Positions 27,500 through 35,534 of a DNA stretch of 64,000 nt are shown piece by piece. The notes under the pieces are model-generated. The model made no database searches. It saw nothing but the letters and a program-made list of their open reading frames with translations, and was not told the DNA's origin. A program made the translations under genes and the position numbers. Each line of letters opens with the position of its first letter. The first letter of the stretch is position 1. Origin of the DNA: Bryobacterales bacterium (GTDB taxonomy: Bacteria; Acidobacteriota; Terriglobia; Bryobacterales; Bryobacteraceae); assembly GCA_963698105.1 (NCBI GenBank), contig CAVOPN010000015.1, positions 154,692 through 218,691 on the forward strand. The letters run 5' to 3'.

Positions 27500-28962
27500 T
27501 GATTCCTGAGGGTCCGCTTCCCGCTGACATCATCGCGACTGAGAATCCTTCCCGCGGGCGCATTCTGGTGATCGACGATGAGCCCGACATTCGCGAGAGC
27601 CTGGAAGCCTTGCTCTCGAGCGAAAATTATCGCGTCGATTTGGCGTTTAATGCGACGGAGGGGCTGAAAAAGCTCGAAACATCGACCTACGATCTTGTTT
27701 TAGTCGATCTGATGATGCCGGATAAGAGCGGCATGGAAGTGCTGGAAGAAATTCGACTGCGGGATCGGGAAACGCCTCTGGTCATGATCACCGCGTACGG
27801 GTCGATCGAGGTTGCGGTCGAGGCTCTGAAACGCGGCGCGAACGACTATTTCGCGAAGCCCTGGGACAACGAAAAACTGCTGATCGAGATCGAGCGCATG
27901 ATCTCGAAGCGCTGTCTGGAGCGCGAGAATACCGAGCTCAAGCGGGCTCTGAAGCAGCGCTACAGTTTTCCGAACATTGTCGGCAAGAGCGAGCGAATGA
28001 TGAAGATCCTGGACCTGGTCGCGCAGGTCGCGGCCAGCCGGGCAACCATTCTCATCACGGGTGAAACAGGCACGGGCAAGGAGCTGATCGCCAATGCGAT
28101 TCACGCGCATTCCGCGCGCAGCGAGCATCCGTTTGTGCCGGTGCATTCGGGATCAGTGCCGCCGGACTTGCTCGAATCCGCGCTGTTCGGCCACGTGAAG
28201 GGCGCGTTCACTGGAGCGGTGGCCTCGCGCAAGGGATATTTTGAGATCGCCAATCGCGGGACGATTTTCTTCGACGAGATCGGCACGATTTCGCTCGAGA
28301 CGCAGACCAAGCTGCTACGTGTGATTCAAGAACGCGAGTTTATGCCGCTGGGGTCGACGGAGACGATTCGAGTGGACGTCCGCATCGTGGCGGCGACCAA
28401 CGCGGAACTAAAAAAAGCCGTCGAAGAAGGGAAGTTTCGCGAGGATCTTTATTACCGTCTGAATGTGATCAACCTGGCGCTTCCGCCGCTGCGGGACCGC
28501 AAGGAAGATATTCCGGCGCTGGTGGATCATTTTTTCGCGAAGTACTGTAAGGAGAATGAGAAATACCTGGACGCGAATGGGAACTCGATTCTGAGCTTCG
28601 AGCCGGAGGCGATGCAGATTTTAATGGATCACCTGTGGCCGGGCAACGTTCGGGAGTTGGAAAACGTCGTCGAGCGCGCAGTGGTGCTGGCGTCGCAGAC
28701 ATCGGTCCCTGTCGATGTGCTGCCGGAGCATCTGCTCGAAGCCAAAGGCCTGCGCATCCGCCGCGACGAAAGCGGCCATCTGGCGGCGGACGCGAGCTTG
28801 TTTGAGATTGTCGCGGATTACGAGCGGCGCAAAATTATCGAGCAGCTGGAAGCGTCGGACTGGAGCCAGACCGCCGCGGCGGAGGCTTTGCGAGTACCTC
28901 TGTCGACTCTGAATCAGAAGATCAAGCGGCTGAATATTGAGATCCGGAAGCGGGGGGCTTGA
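27499..28962 (+). CDS. sigma-54-dependent NtrC-family response regulator
   Basis: REC domain (ILVIDDEPDIRE...DLMMPD), AAA+ Walker A GETGTGKE, the sigma-54 contact loop GAFTGA, and a C-terminal Fis-type HTH. TGATG overlap with the kinase gene. Confidence 0.9.
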   Translation: MIPEGPLPADIIATENPSRGRILVIDDEPDIRESLEALLSSENYRVDLAFNATEGLKKLETSTYDLVLVDLMMPDKSGMEVLEEIRLRDRETPLVMITAYGSIEVAVEALKRGANDYFAKPWDNEKLLIEIERMISKRCLERENTELKRALKQRYSFPNIVGKSERMMKILDLVAQVAASRATILITGETGTGKELIANAIHAHSARSEHPFVPVHSGSVPPDLLESALFGHVKGAFTGAVASRKGYFEIANRGTIFFDEIGTISLETQTKLLRVIQEREFMPLGSTETIRVDVRIVAATNAELKKAVEEGKFREDLYYRLNVINLALPPLRDRKEDIPALVDHFFAKYCKENEKYLDANGNSILSFEPEAMQILMDHLWPGNVRELENVVERAVVLASQTSVPVDVLPEHLLEAKGLRIRRDESGHLAADASLFEIVADYERRKIIEQLEASDWSQTAAAEALRVPLSTLNQKIKRLNIEIRKRGA

Positions 28963-28963
28963 T
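28927..28963 (+). repeat. direct repeat, copy 1 (native 3' end of the NtrC-family gene)
   Basis: cggctgaatattgagatccggaagcggggggcttgat recurs at 29903-29940 (the first 17 nt are identical, about 85% overall). Confidence 0.6.
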
Positions 28964-29048
28964 CCTGAGGCGCGGAGGAAGTTTTTGTGGCCGGATTAGC
29001 GAAGTCTTCCGGTTGTCTTCTGGTGAGCTCCTTCGCCCCGCGTTCAAC

Positions 29049-29708
29049 TTATCCTTTAGCCTTAAGCTGCACCGCTTTTTCGATGGTCTCGTAGCTCTTG
29101 CACGATATCCGGATTGCCTGATCTTCGTAGCCGTCAGCGGAGATCGTGAAGTCCTTTGAGCTGTCATTGAGGACCGCAGTAAAAATGCGTCCATGGCGAT
29201 CTGCAGTCAGTTGGCGCGTGCCGCCCACTACGGTGGCAAATGCCGAGACGACCTGGCGACCGTCGGCCGCCGACACTCTGAAATATATCAGGCAAGACGG
29301 CGGATACCGTCCGCCATCTGCACCCATGAAGCAAGGGTTCAGGATCACGCTGAAATGCTGCGCAAGGCCATAGACCAGACTGATTCGGTGGAGCGTCACA
29401 TAGCCGCATTGGTCGCTCCCGACCCGAATTGTGTGCTCGCCAAATCCAAAGTCGCAGAATTCTGCATGACCATTTACTGAGTCGACCTTTCTGACAACGT
29501 GGTTATCTGAGTCAATCAGCGCGACAGGCGTTGAAGCAGGCGTCCCCATCTCTGAAGAAACCGTCACTTTTACCGCACAGAAATCTGCGCCAGCCAGATG
29601 CTGGGCAAAGAAGCCCAGCAGGACAGCGAAGCAATGCCGCGCGATGGCGCTAGATGAGCCTTCGTGGCCAAACGTGAAGTGACTTCTTAGTGCGCTCGCC
29701 ATTCGCAT
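29049..29708 (-). CDS. hypothetical secreted protein with two CarboxypepD_reg-like beta-sandwich repeats
   Basis: Hydrophobic N-terminal segment, then two segments of the type VKVTV...G.P...V.L...........DS.G.AEF. Lies inside the segment flanked by the 37-nt direct repeat. Confidence 0.5.
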   Translation of the reverse strand: MRMASALRSHFTFGHEGSSSAIARHCFAVLLGFFAQHLAGADFCAVKVTVSSEMGTPASTPVALIDSDNHVVRKVDSVNGHAEFCDFGFGEHTIRVGSDQCGYVTLHRISLVYGLAQHFSVILNPCFMGADGGRYPPSCLIYFRVSAADGRQVVSAFATVVGGTRQLTADRHGRIFTAVLNDSSKDFTISADGYEDQAIRISCKSYETIEKAVQLKAKG

Positions 29709-29902
29709 CGCTGGAGGCTATTCTACAGTATCTAGCGTGATATGCGCCGGTGGGGTTTGGCCGCAAAACATCGGCATTTCGACTTCCGATTAATCCGGTC
29801 ATATGTAAATCGGCTGGCGTGTGAATTGGTGAGATGGGGGTTCACTGGTTCACAGGGACAGACCGAACTGTCCCCATGGTTTCCTTTGGGTTCTTCAGTT
29901 GA

Positions 29903-29940
29903 CGGCTGAATATTGAGATTCCGAAGCGTGGGCTTAGGAT
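29903..29940 (+). repeat. direct repeat, copy 2 (orphan copy of the regulator 3' end)
   Basis: cggctgaatattgagattccgaagcgtgggcttaggat would encode RLNIEIPKRGLRI, against RLNIEIRKRGA at the real gene end. Confidence 0.6.
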
Positions 29941-30417
29941 ATGATCGTCGTGGATTCCGATTGAGGATTGATCACGTCAATTCCTACTTTCATCGCAACG
30001 CGGCACATCCTGACGTCTGCAGTAACCATGGAGTGCAAAGTCCGGCGTTCACAAGATGGACTGCGATCGACAACTGAAGCGCATCGAGCGTGCGAATTCC
30101 CTCTTGGGGGCCGTACATGGCAACACATGTCCGGGCGTATTCCAAATGAATGTTCTCCAACGGCGGAGAAACGAAAATTCGGCGCTCGTAGAGATCCGAT
30201 CGCAGCTTATCCTGAGCGACCCCTCCCGGCCGCTTTGATCGAGCTTCTTCATTCGCATTCTTATCGCAAGCACCGACTCCATTTCGACCAGCGTGAGGGG
30301 TGAGATGATCACCCGATATTCGCTCTGCCGCTCGAACAGACCCTCCATGTAGTCTGAACCCGATTCACGATGGTACAGTTTGGCGAGGGCGCTAGTGTCG
30401 AGGAAAAGATTTTTCAA
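29934..30417 (-). pseudogene. vapC: vapC (PIN-domain toxin) disrupted by two frameshifts
   Basis: Frame A reads MKNLFLDTSALAKLYH...VIISPLTLVEMESVL. Frame B reads VAQDKLRSDLYERRIF...GIRTLDALQLSIAVHLVNAGL. Frame C reads HSMVTADVRMCRVAMKVGIDVINP. Together they form one complete PIN domain. The shifts lie near 30215-30235 and 30030-30045. Confidence 0.6.
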
Positions 30418-30678
30418 TTAGCGCTCTTCGCGCGACTCGATGACGGCATCGGAAAGCGAACCGTCGATCGACGAAAGGGCGCGCCTCACTTCTTCAAGCG
30501 TGATGTCGTCCGCGTTGGCACGCTCCCACTCTTCTGCTGAAAAGTACACGGAGGGATCGGAAAAGAATGCGGTTTCATCTACGATCGTCACAAGCAAGCG
30601 CGCGTGATCCGGCAGCGTCAGGGGCTGGGTGGGCTTCAGAACGCCATCCTCATACACGGCTTCGAAGGTCCTCGGCAT
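30418..30678 (-). CDS. DUF104-family (AF2212-like) antitoxin
   Basis: MPRTFEAVYEDGVLKPTQPLTLPDHARLLVTI is the signature N-terminus of this antitoxin family. Directly abuts the PIN gene start. Confidence 0.7.
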   Translation of the reverse strand: MPRTFEAVYEDGVLKPTQPLTLPDHARLLVTIVDETAFFSDPSVYFSAEEWERANADDITLEEVRRALSSIDGSLSDAVIESREER

Positions 30679-31911
30679 AGTTCAACACCCATTCTACAGC
30701 AGGCAGCCTTAACTCTAAGCGGGCGATGGTATTCTAGTACAATCTCTCGCCAAACCAATCGCACGTTAGCGGTCATCTTCGCGGGGTTCTGCGCGTTTTT
30801 GACTGTTTACGCGACGCAGCCGATTCTTCCTGTATTGAGTAAGGCGCTCGCGGTCACTGCGACTCTGGCTAGTCTCACGGTGACGGCGAGCACTCTGGGA
30901 ATGGCGTTTACCGCTCCCATGGCCGGGAGAATTTCTGATCGCATCGGGCGCAAGAAGACCATCGTGATTGCCGGGTTTGGGCTCGCGGCCTCGACACTCG
31001 CCGCGGCGACTGCCTGGGGACTTCCTTCGCTGCTGTTTTGGCGGTTCCTGCAAGGCGTTTTCACGCCGGGCATCTTCGCGGTGACGATTGCCTACGTCAA
31101 CGACGAATGGGGCGCGGCGGAATCGGGTCGAGGAATGGCCAAGTACGTGGGCGGGACGGTGGTGGGCGGGTTCCTCGGCCGATTCCTGGCGGGGCTGATC
31201 GCGGCGCGATACGACTGGCATTACGTGTTCCTGGTTTTGGGCGGATTGAATTTGCTGAGCGCCTTGATCATTTGGCGGTTCATGCCGGTGGAGACCAGGA
31301 AGCCGGCGCCTCCTGCTAGCGGGTTCTGGGCGTCGGCGGCGGAGCATTTCCGCAATCCTCTGCTGCTGGCTACCTATGCTGTAGGGTTTTGCGTGTTCTT
31401 CTCACTGATCTCGACGTTCACGTATATCAACTTCTATCTGGCGCGGCCTCCGTTCTCGCTATCGACCACCGTGCTCGGGTCGTTGTTCTTCGTTTATCTG
31501 ACCAGCGCGGTGGTGACGCCGATCGCAGGGAGGTATATCGACAGGTACGGCCACCGGTTCGTGCTGCTATGCGGCATCGCCGGAGGAGCATGCGGGTCGC
31601 TGCTGACGCTGGTTCCAAACGTGGTCGTGATCGTGATCGGGCTCGCGTTGGTTTGCGACGCGGTATTTGTGGCCCAAACTTGTTCGAGTGGATTTATCGG
31701 TGCCGCCGCGAAGACCAATCGCGCGCTGGCGGTGGGGCTCTACGTGATGGTGTACAACATCGGGGGCAGCGTGGGGTCGGCGGCTCCGGGTCCGGTATGG
31801 AAGGCGTATGGATGGCCTGGCGTGGTGGCCATGATTGTGACGGTGCAGGTGGTGACCATGTTGCTCGCGTGGCGGCTGTGGCCGGGGCGGAAGCCTGCGA
31901 GCGTCGGGTGA
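30604..31911 (+). CDS. MFS transporter (YnfM-like); start codon uncertain
   Basis: 12-TM protein with YATQPILPVLSKAL after TM1 and the GRISDRIGRKK loop. The only canonical in-frame start upstream of TM1 is the GTG at 30604, which overlaps the antitoxin gene on the opposite strand. Confidence 0.7.
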   Translation: MIRQRQGLGGLQNAILIHGFEGPRHSSTPILQQAALTLSGRWYSSTISRQTNRTLAVIFAGFCAFLTVYATQPILPVLSKALAVTATLASLTVTASTLGMAFTAPMAGRISDRIGRKKTIVIAGFGLAASTLAAATAWGLPSLLFWRFLQGVFTPGIFAVTIAYVNDEWGAAESGRGMAKYVGGTVVGGFLGRFLAGLIAARYDWHYVFLVLGGLNLLSALIIWRFMPVETRKPAPPASGFWASAAEHFRNPLLLATYAVGFCVFFSLISTFTYINFYLARPPFSLSTTVLGSLFFVYLTSAVVTPIAGRYIDRYGHRFVLLCGIAGGACGSLLTLVPNVVVIVIGLALVCDAVFVAQTCSSGFIGAAAKTNRALAVGLYVMVYNIGGSVGSAAPGPVWKAYGWPGVVAMIVTVQVVTMLLAWRLWPGRKPASVG

Positions 31912-31949
31912 CCGTCTGTACTAAGATCAATCGATAGAGGTGATGATCG

Positions 31950-32810
31950 ATGATGACGTCCATGATGACATCCAGGCGGCAGATGATGAGCCGGGTGCTG
32001 GTTGCCGGTAGCGCACTCTCGGCAATGGAGATGTTGGCCGCAGTGCCGGCTGAGACCGTGGGGGATCCCGGCGAATTAAAGCTCGGCGTGGCCAGCTATT
32101 CGTTTCGTGAGTTCGGCCGCAAGATCGCCATTCAGGGCACGCAGAAGTGCGGCGTCCGCTACATCAACTATAAGGATGTGCATCTGCCTTTGACGTCGAC
32201 GCCGGCGGAAATCAAGAGGGCGATTGCGGAGACGGAGAAGGCAGGGCTGAAAATTGTCGGCGGTGGCACGATCTATTTCCGTACGCCTGATGAAGCGGAC
32301 ATTCGATCGAAGTTCGAGTACGCCAAGGCGTGCGGGATGCCCACCATCGTGTGCATGCCCGATAAGGCGGTGCTGCCGAAGCTCGACAAGTTCGTCAGGG
32401 AATACGACATCAAGATCGCGGTGCACGCGCACGGACCGGAAGACCCGAATTTCAAGCGGCCGCAGGATGTGCTCGCGGTGGTGAAGGACATGGACCCGCG
32501 TTGCGGATTATGCATCGACGTCGGTCACACTGTACGCACCGGTGTCGATCTGGTTTCGACGGTGGCGGAGACGGGTCCGCGGCTGCTCGACATGCATGTA
32601 AAAGATCTGGCTAATTTCACGGCGAAAGATAGTCAGGTTCCATGCGGGGATGGCAAGATTCCGTTTCCGGCATTGTTTACGCAGTTGAAGAAGATGAACT
32701 ATCAGGGGTACATCAATCTGGAATATGAGATTGACGATACCGATCCGCTGCCGAATATGATCAAGAGTTTCGCGTATATGCGCGGCGTGATGGCGGGGTT
32801 GAAGGGCTAA
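31950..32810 (+). CDS. sugar phosphate isomerase/epimerase (xylose isomerase-like TIM barrel) with a Tat-type signal
   Basis: N-terminal SRRQMMSRVLVAGSALSA. TIM-barrel metal-ligand pattern (HAHGPE..., CIDVGH, NLEYE). Confidence 0.75.
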   Translation: MMTSMMTSRRQMMSRVLVAGSALSAMEMLAAVPAETVGDPGELKLGVASYSFREFGRKIAIQGTQKCGVRYINYKDVHLPLTSTPAEIKRAIAETEKAGLKIVGGGTIYFRTPDEADIRSKFEYAKACGMPTIVCMPDKAVLPKLDKFVREYDIKIAVHAHGPEDPNFKRPQDVLAVVKDMDPRCGLCIDVGHTVRTGVDLVSTVAETGPRLLDMHVKDLANFTAKDSQVPCGDGKIPFPALFTQLKKMNYQGYINLEYEIDDTDPLPNMIKSFAYMRGVMAGLKG

Positions 32811-32823
32811 CAAGACTATTCCC

Positions 32824-32941
32824 GTGGCGCGCGCACTCGTGCGTGCCGCATCGACACTCGTGTCGATACCTGCGAGGGTTATCATCATCGAGGGGGTGTC
32901 GAGATGAGTCTCGACACGGCATGCACAAGTGCGTGCGCCAC
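32824..32941. repeat. inverted pair of family D repeats (double-hairpin REP-like units)
   Basis: gtggcgcgcgcactcgtgcgtgccgcatcgacactcgtgtcga (32824-32866) and its diverged reverse complement (32897-32941), between convergent genes. Confidence 0.6.
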
Positions 32942-32959
32942 ATAAGTGACAGAGCTACA

Positions 32960-33442
32960 CTAGCGCTTGTAGGCGATCTTTCTTAACAGGCTGTGGCGCC
33001 ATTGCGCATCGGACTCTGTCTCGACCCCCTTCGGGCTGCTGCCGTCGATTACTCCCAGGATGCCGCGACCCTGCTCGGTTTCGGCCACGATCACCTCCAG
33101 CGGATTGGCCGTCGCGCAGAAAACCGTGCAGATTTCGGGGATGTCGCGGATGCGGCCCAGCACGTTGATGGGATAGCCCTCGCGCATCGACACCACGAAA
33201 GTGTGGCCCGCCGCAATTTTCTGTGCGTTGGCGGTGGCGTTTTGTTTCAGCGCATCGTCGTTGCCGTCGACGCGCGTCAGGCAGTCGCCCGAGGCCTCGT
33301 TGAAGGCGATGCCGAACTTCATTTGCGGGACGGTGTTGACAATCGCTTCATAGATATCCTCTACCGTCTTAATGAAATGGCTTTGCCCGACGATGATATT
33401 GCCGTTCTCCGGGATCTCCAGGCGCACTGTCTTCAATTCCAT
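32960..33442 (-). CDS. adenosine-specific kinase family protein (PF04008-like)
   Basis: MELKTVRLEIPENGNIIVGQSHFIKTVEDIYEA...FCATANPLEVIVAETEQGRGILGVIDG matches my recollection of this family. Alternative upstream ATGs exist up to 33469. Confidence 0.65.
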   Translation of the reverse strand: MELKTVRLEIPENGNIIVGQSHFIKTVEDIYEAIVNTVPQMKFGIAFNEASGDCLTRVDGNDDALKQNATANAQKIAAGHTFVVSMREGYPINVLGRIRDIPEICTVFCATANPLEVIVAETEQGRGILGVIDGSSPKGVETESDAQWRHSLLRKIAYKR

Positions 33443-33462
33443 TTCATCCATCATAATGAAAT

Positions 33463-35514
33463 GTGGCACAGCACAAAGCGCGCGGCGCGAAGGCCAGCAA
33501 ACTGATTGAAGGACGGCTGAATGTCCATCGCGACGGCTACGCGTTTCTGATTCCGGATAAACCGATTCCCGGCGTCGACGGCGACGTGTACATCACCAAG
33601 GAAGAAGCGCACAAGGCCATGCACGGTGACCGCGTGGGCATCCGTCTGAAGCGCGGCGACCGCGGGCGCATCCACGGCGAAATCATGCAGGTGGTGCGGC
33701 GCGCGCATCCCACCGTAGTGGGTGAATTTCGCGTTCGGAGACGCGGGAACTACGTGGTCCCACACGAGGATCGCATTCGCCAGTGGATCGAAATTCCGGA
33801 GGGCATGGAGTTTCCGAAGACGACGGCGTCGGCGAACCGCGTAGGCGTTCGCCAGGTCGACGTGAAAACCGTGGCCGACCTCGACGGCATGATCGTCAAC
33901 ACGGAGATTCTCGATTTTGGCGACGGCGATCGGCCCATCGGACGGGTGACGGAAATCCTGGGCAAGCCCGACGATTTTGGAGTCGATGTCGAAATCCTGA
34001 TCCGGTCGCATCATATTCCACACGAATTTCCGGAAGAAGCGCTGGATCAGGCGCGGTCCATCCCAGGCACAATTCCAGAGGCCGAGATCGCCAGGCGCAG
34101 GGATTTTCGAATGCTCGACATCGTGACGATCGATGGCGAAACCGCCCGTGATTTCGACGATGCGGTATGGGTGGAGAAGCTCGCGAATGGAAATTTCGCG
34201 TTGCAGGTGCACATCGCCGACGTGAGCTACTACGTCACGCCCGGCTCGGCCATCGATCGCGAAGCTTTGCTGCGCGGAACCAGCGTTTATTTTCCCGATC
34301 GAGCAGTGCCGATGCTTCCACTGGAATTGTCGACCGACCAGTGCTCGCTGCGTCCGCATGAAGATCGCCTGGTTTTATCGGCCCTTCTTGAGATCGACAA
34401 GCGAGGCGATGCTGTGTCCCAGGATTTCACGCGCGGCGTGATCCGTAGTGCGGAGCGGATGACGTACACTGCCGTGCACGGCGTGCTCGAAGGAGATGCA
34501 GAGCTGCGCAGCCGCTATGCGCCTTTGGTCGACAGGTTTGAGCTGATGCAGGAGCTCGCATCGATCCTGAACAAAAAAAGAGTGCGCCGCGGATCGATCG
34601 ACTTCGATCTGCCCGAGCCTCTGCTGGAGTTCGATGAGTTTGGAGCAATGATCGGTATCAGGCGCGCCGCCCGCAACGATGCGCATCGTCTGATTGAAGA
34701 ATTCATGCTGGCGGCGAATGAAGCCGTGGCCTCGCATATCGAAGCGGCGGGGCTGCCGATGATTTACCGCATTCATGAGCGGCCGGATCCAAAGCGCGTA
34801 CTGGAGTTCGAAGAGGTGGCGACGCAGTTCGGCTATTCGCTGGTGGGCGGGGGAGCGCCGGTGAAGAAATTCCGCGGCGAGATCATCGCGCTCGATAATG
34901 AAAAGCTCACCTCGCGCAATTATCAGAAACTGGTAGCCAAGATCGAAGGCAAGCCCGAGGAGCGCATACTCAGTTATCTGATGCTGCGTTCCTTGAAACA
35001 GGCTCGCTATAGCGATCAGAACGTAGGCCACTTCGCGCTGGCCGCGAAAAGTTACACCCACTTCACGTCGCCCATCCGCCGCTATCCGGATCTGATCGTG
35101 CACCGGATTTTGAGGGCGCATCTGGATGGAAAAGAGTACGACGACGACATGCGGGAGATCGCGAATTCATCCTCGTCCACGGAGCGGCGCGCTGCCGAAG
35201 CGGAGCGCGAACTGGTCGAGTGGAAAAAAGTCAAATTCATGATCGATCATGTGGGCGAGGAGTTCGACGCACTGATTATCTCCACGCAGCGCTTCGGGTT
35301 CTTCGTCGAATTAGTGGAGATGTTCATCGAAGGCCTGGTTCCGATGGACACCCTGCTGGGAGACCACTACACGTATCACGAAAACACGCGAAAAATCGTC
35401 GGCCAGCGGACGCGCAGGCAATTTTCGATCGGCGATAAAGTGCGGGTCCGGCTCGATCGCGTCGATGGGGTCGAGAAACGTCTGCAATTCTCGCTACTTC
35501 AGAAAAAGAAGTGA
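33463..35514 (+). CDS. rnr: ribonuclease R (RNase II/VacB family 3'-5' exoribonuclease)
   Basis: Cold-shock-like N-terminal domains. RNB catalytic domain (TIDGETARDFDDAVW...HFTSPIRRYPDLIVHR). C-terminal S1 domain (GFFVEL...GDKVRVRL). Confidence 0.9.
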   Translation: MAQHKARGAKASKLIEGRLNVHRDGYAFLIPDKPIPGVDGDVYITKEEAHKAMHGDRVGIRLKRGDRGRIHGEIMQVVRRAHPTVVGEFRVRRRGNYVVPHEDRIRQWIEIPEGMEFPKTTASANRVGVRQVDVKTVADLDGMIVNTEILDFGDGDRPIGRVTEILGKPDDFGVDVEILIRSHHIPHEFPEEALDQARSIPGTIPEAEIARRRDFRMLDIVTIDGETARDFDDAVWVEKLANGNFALQVHIADVSYYVTPGSAIDREALLRGTSVYFPDRAVPMLPLELSTDQCSLRPHEDRLVLSALLEIDKRGDAVSQDFTRGVIRSAERMTYTAVHGVLEGDAELRSRYAPLVDRFELMQELASILNKKRVRRGSIDFDLPEPLLEFDEFGAMIGIRRAARNDAHRLIEEFMLAANEAVASHIEAAGLPMIYRIHERPDPKRVLEFEEVATQFGYSLVGGGAPVKKFRGEIIALDNEKLTSRNYQKLVAKIEGKPEERILSYLMLRSLKQARYSDQNVGHFALAAKSYTHFTSPIRRYPDLIVHRILRAHLDGKEYDDDMREIANSSSSTERRAAEAERELVEWKKVKFMIDHVGEEFDALIISTQRFGFFVELVEMFIEGLVPMDTLLGDHYTYHENTRKIVGQRTRRQFSIGDKVRVRLDRVDGVEKRLQFSLLQKKK

Positions 35515-35522
35515 GAGTTCGC

Positions 35523-35528
35523 TAGAAT
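35523..35528 (+). promoter_or_regulatory. -10-like hexamer TAGAAT 6 nt upstream of the GTG at 35535 (leaderless geometry)
   Basis: Read directly: gcTAGAATcgcaggGTG. Confidence 0.3.
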
Positions 35529-35534
35529 CGCAGG

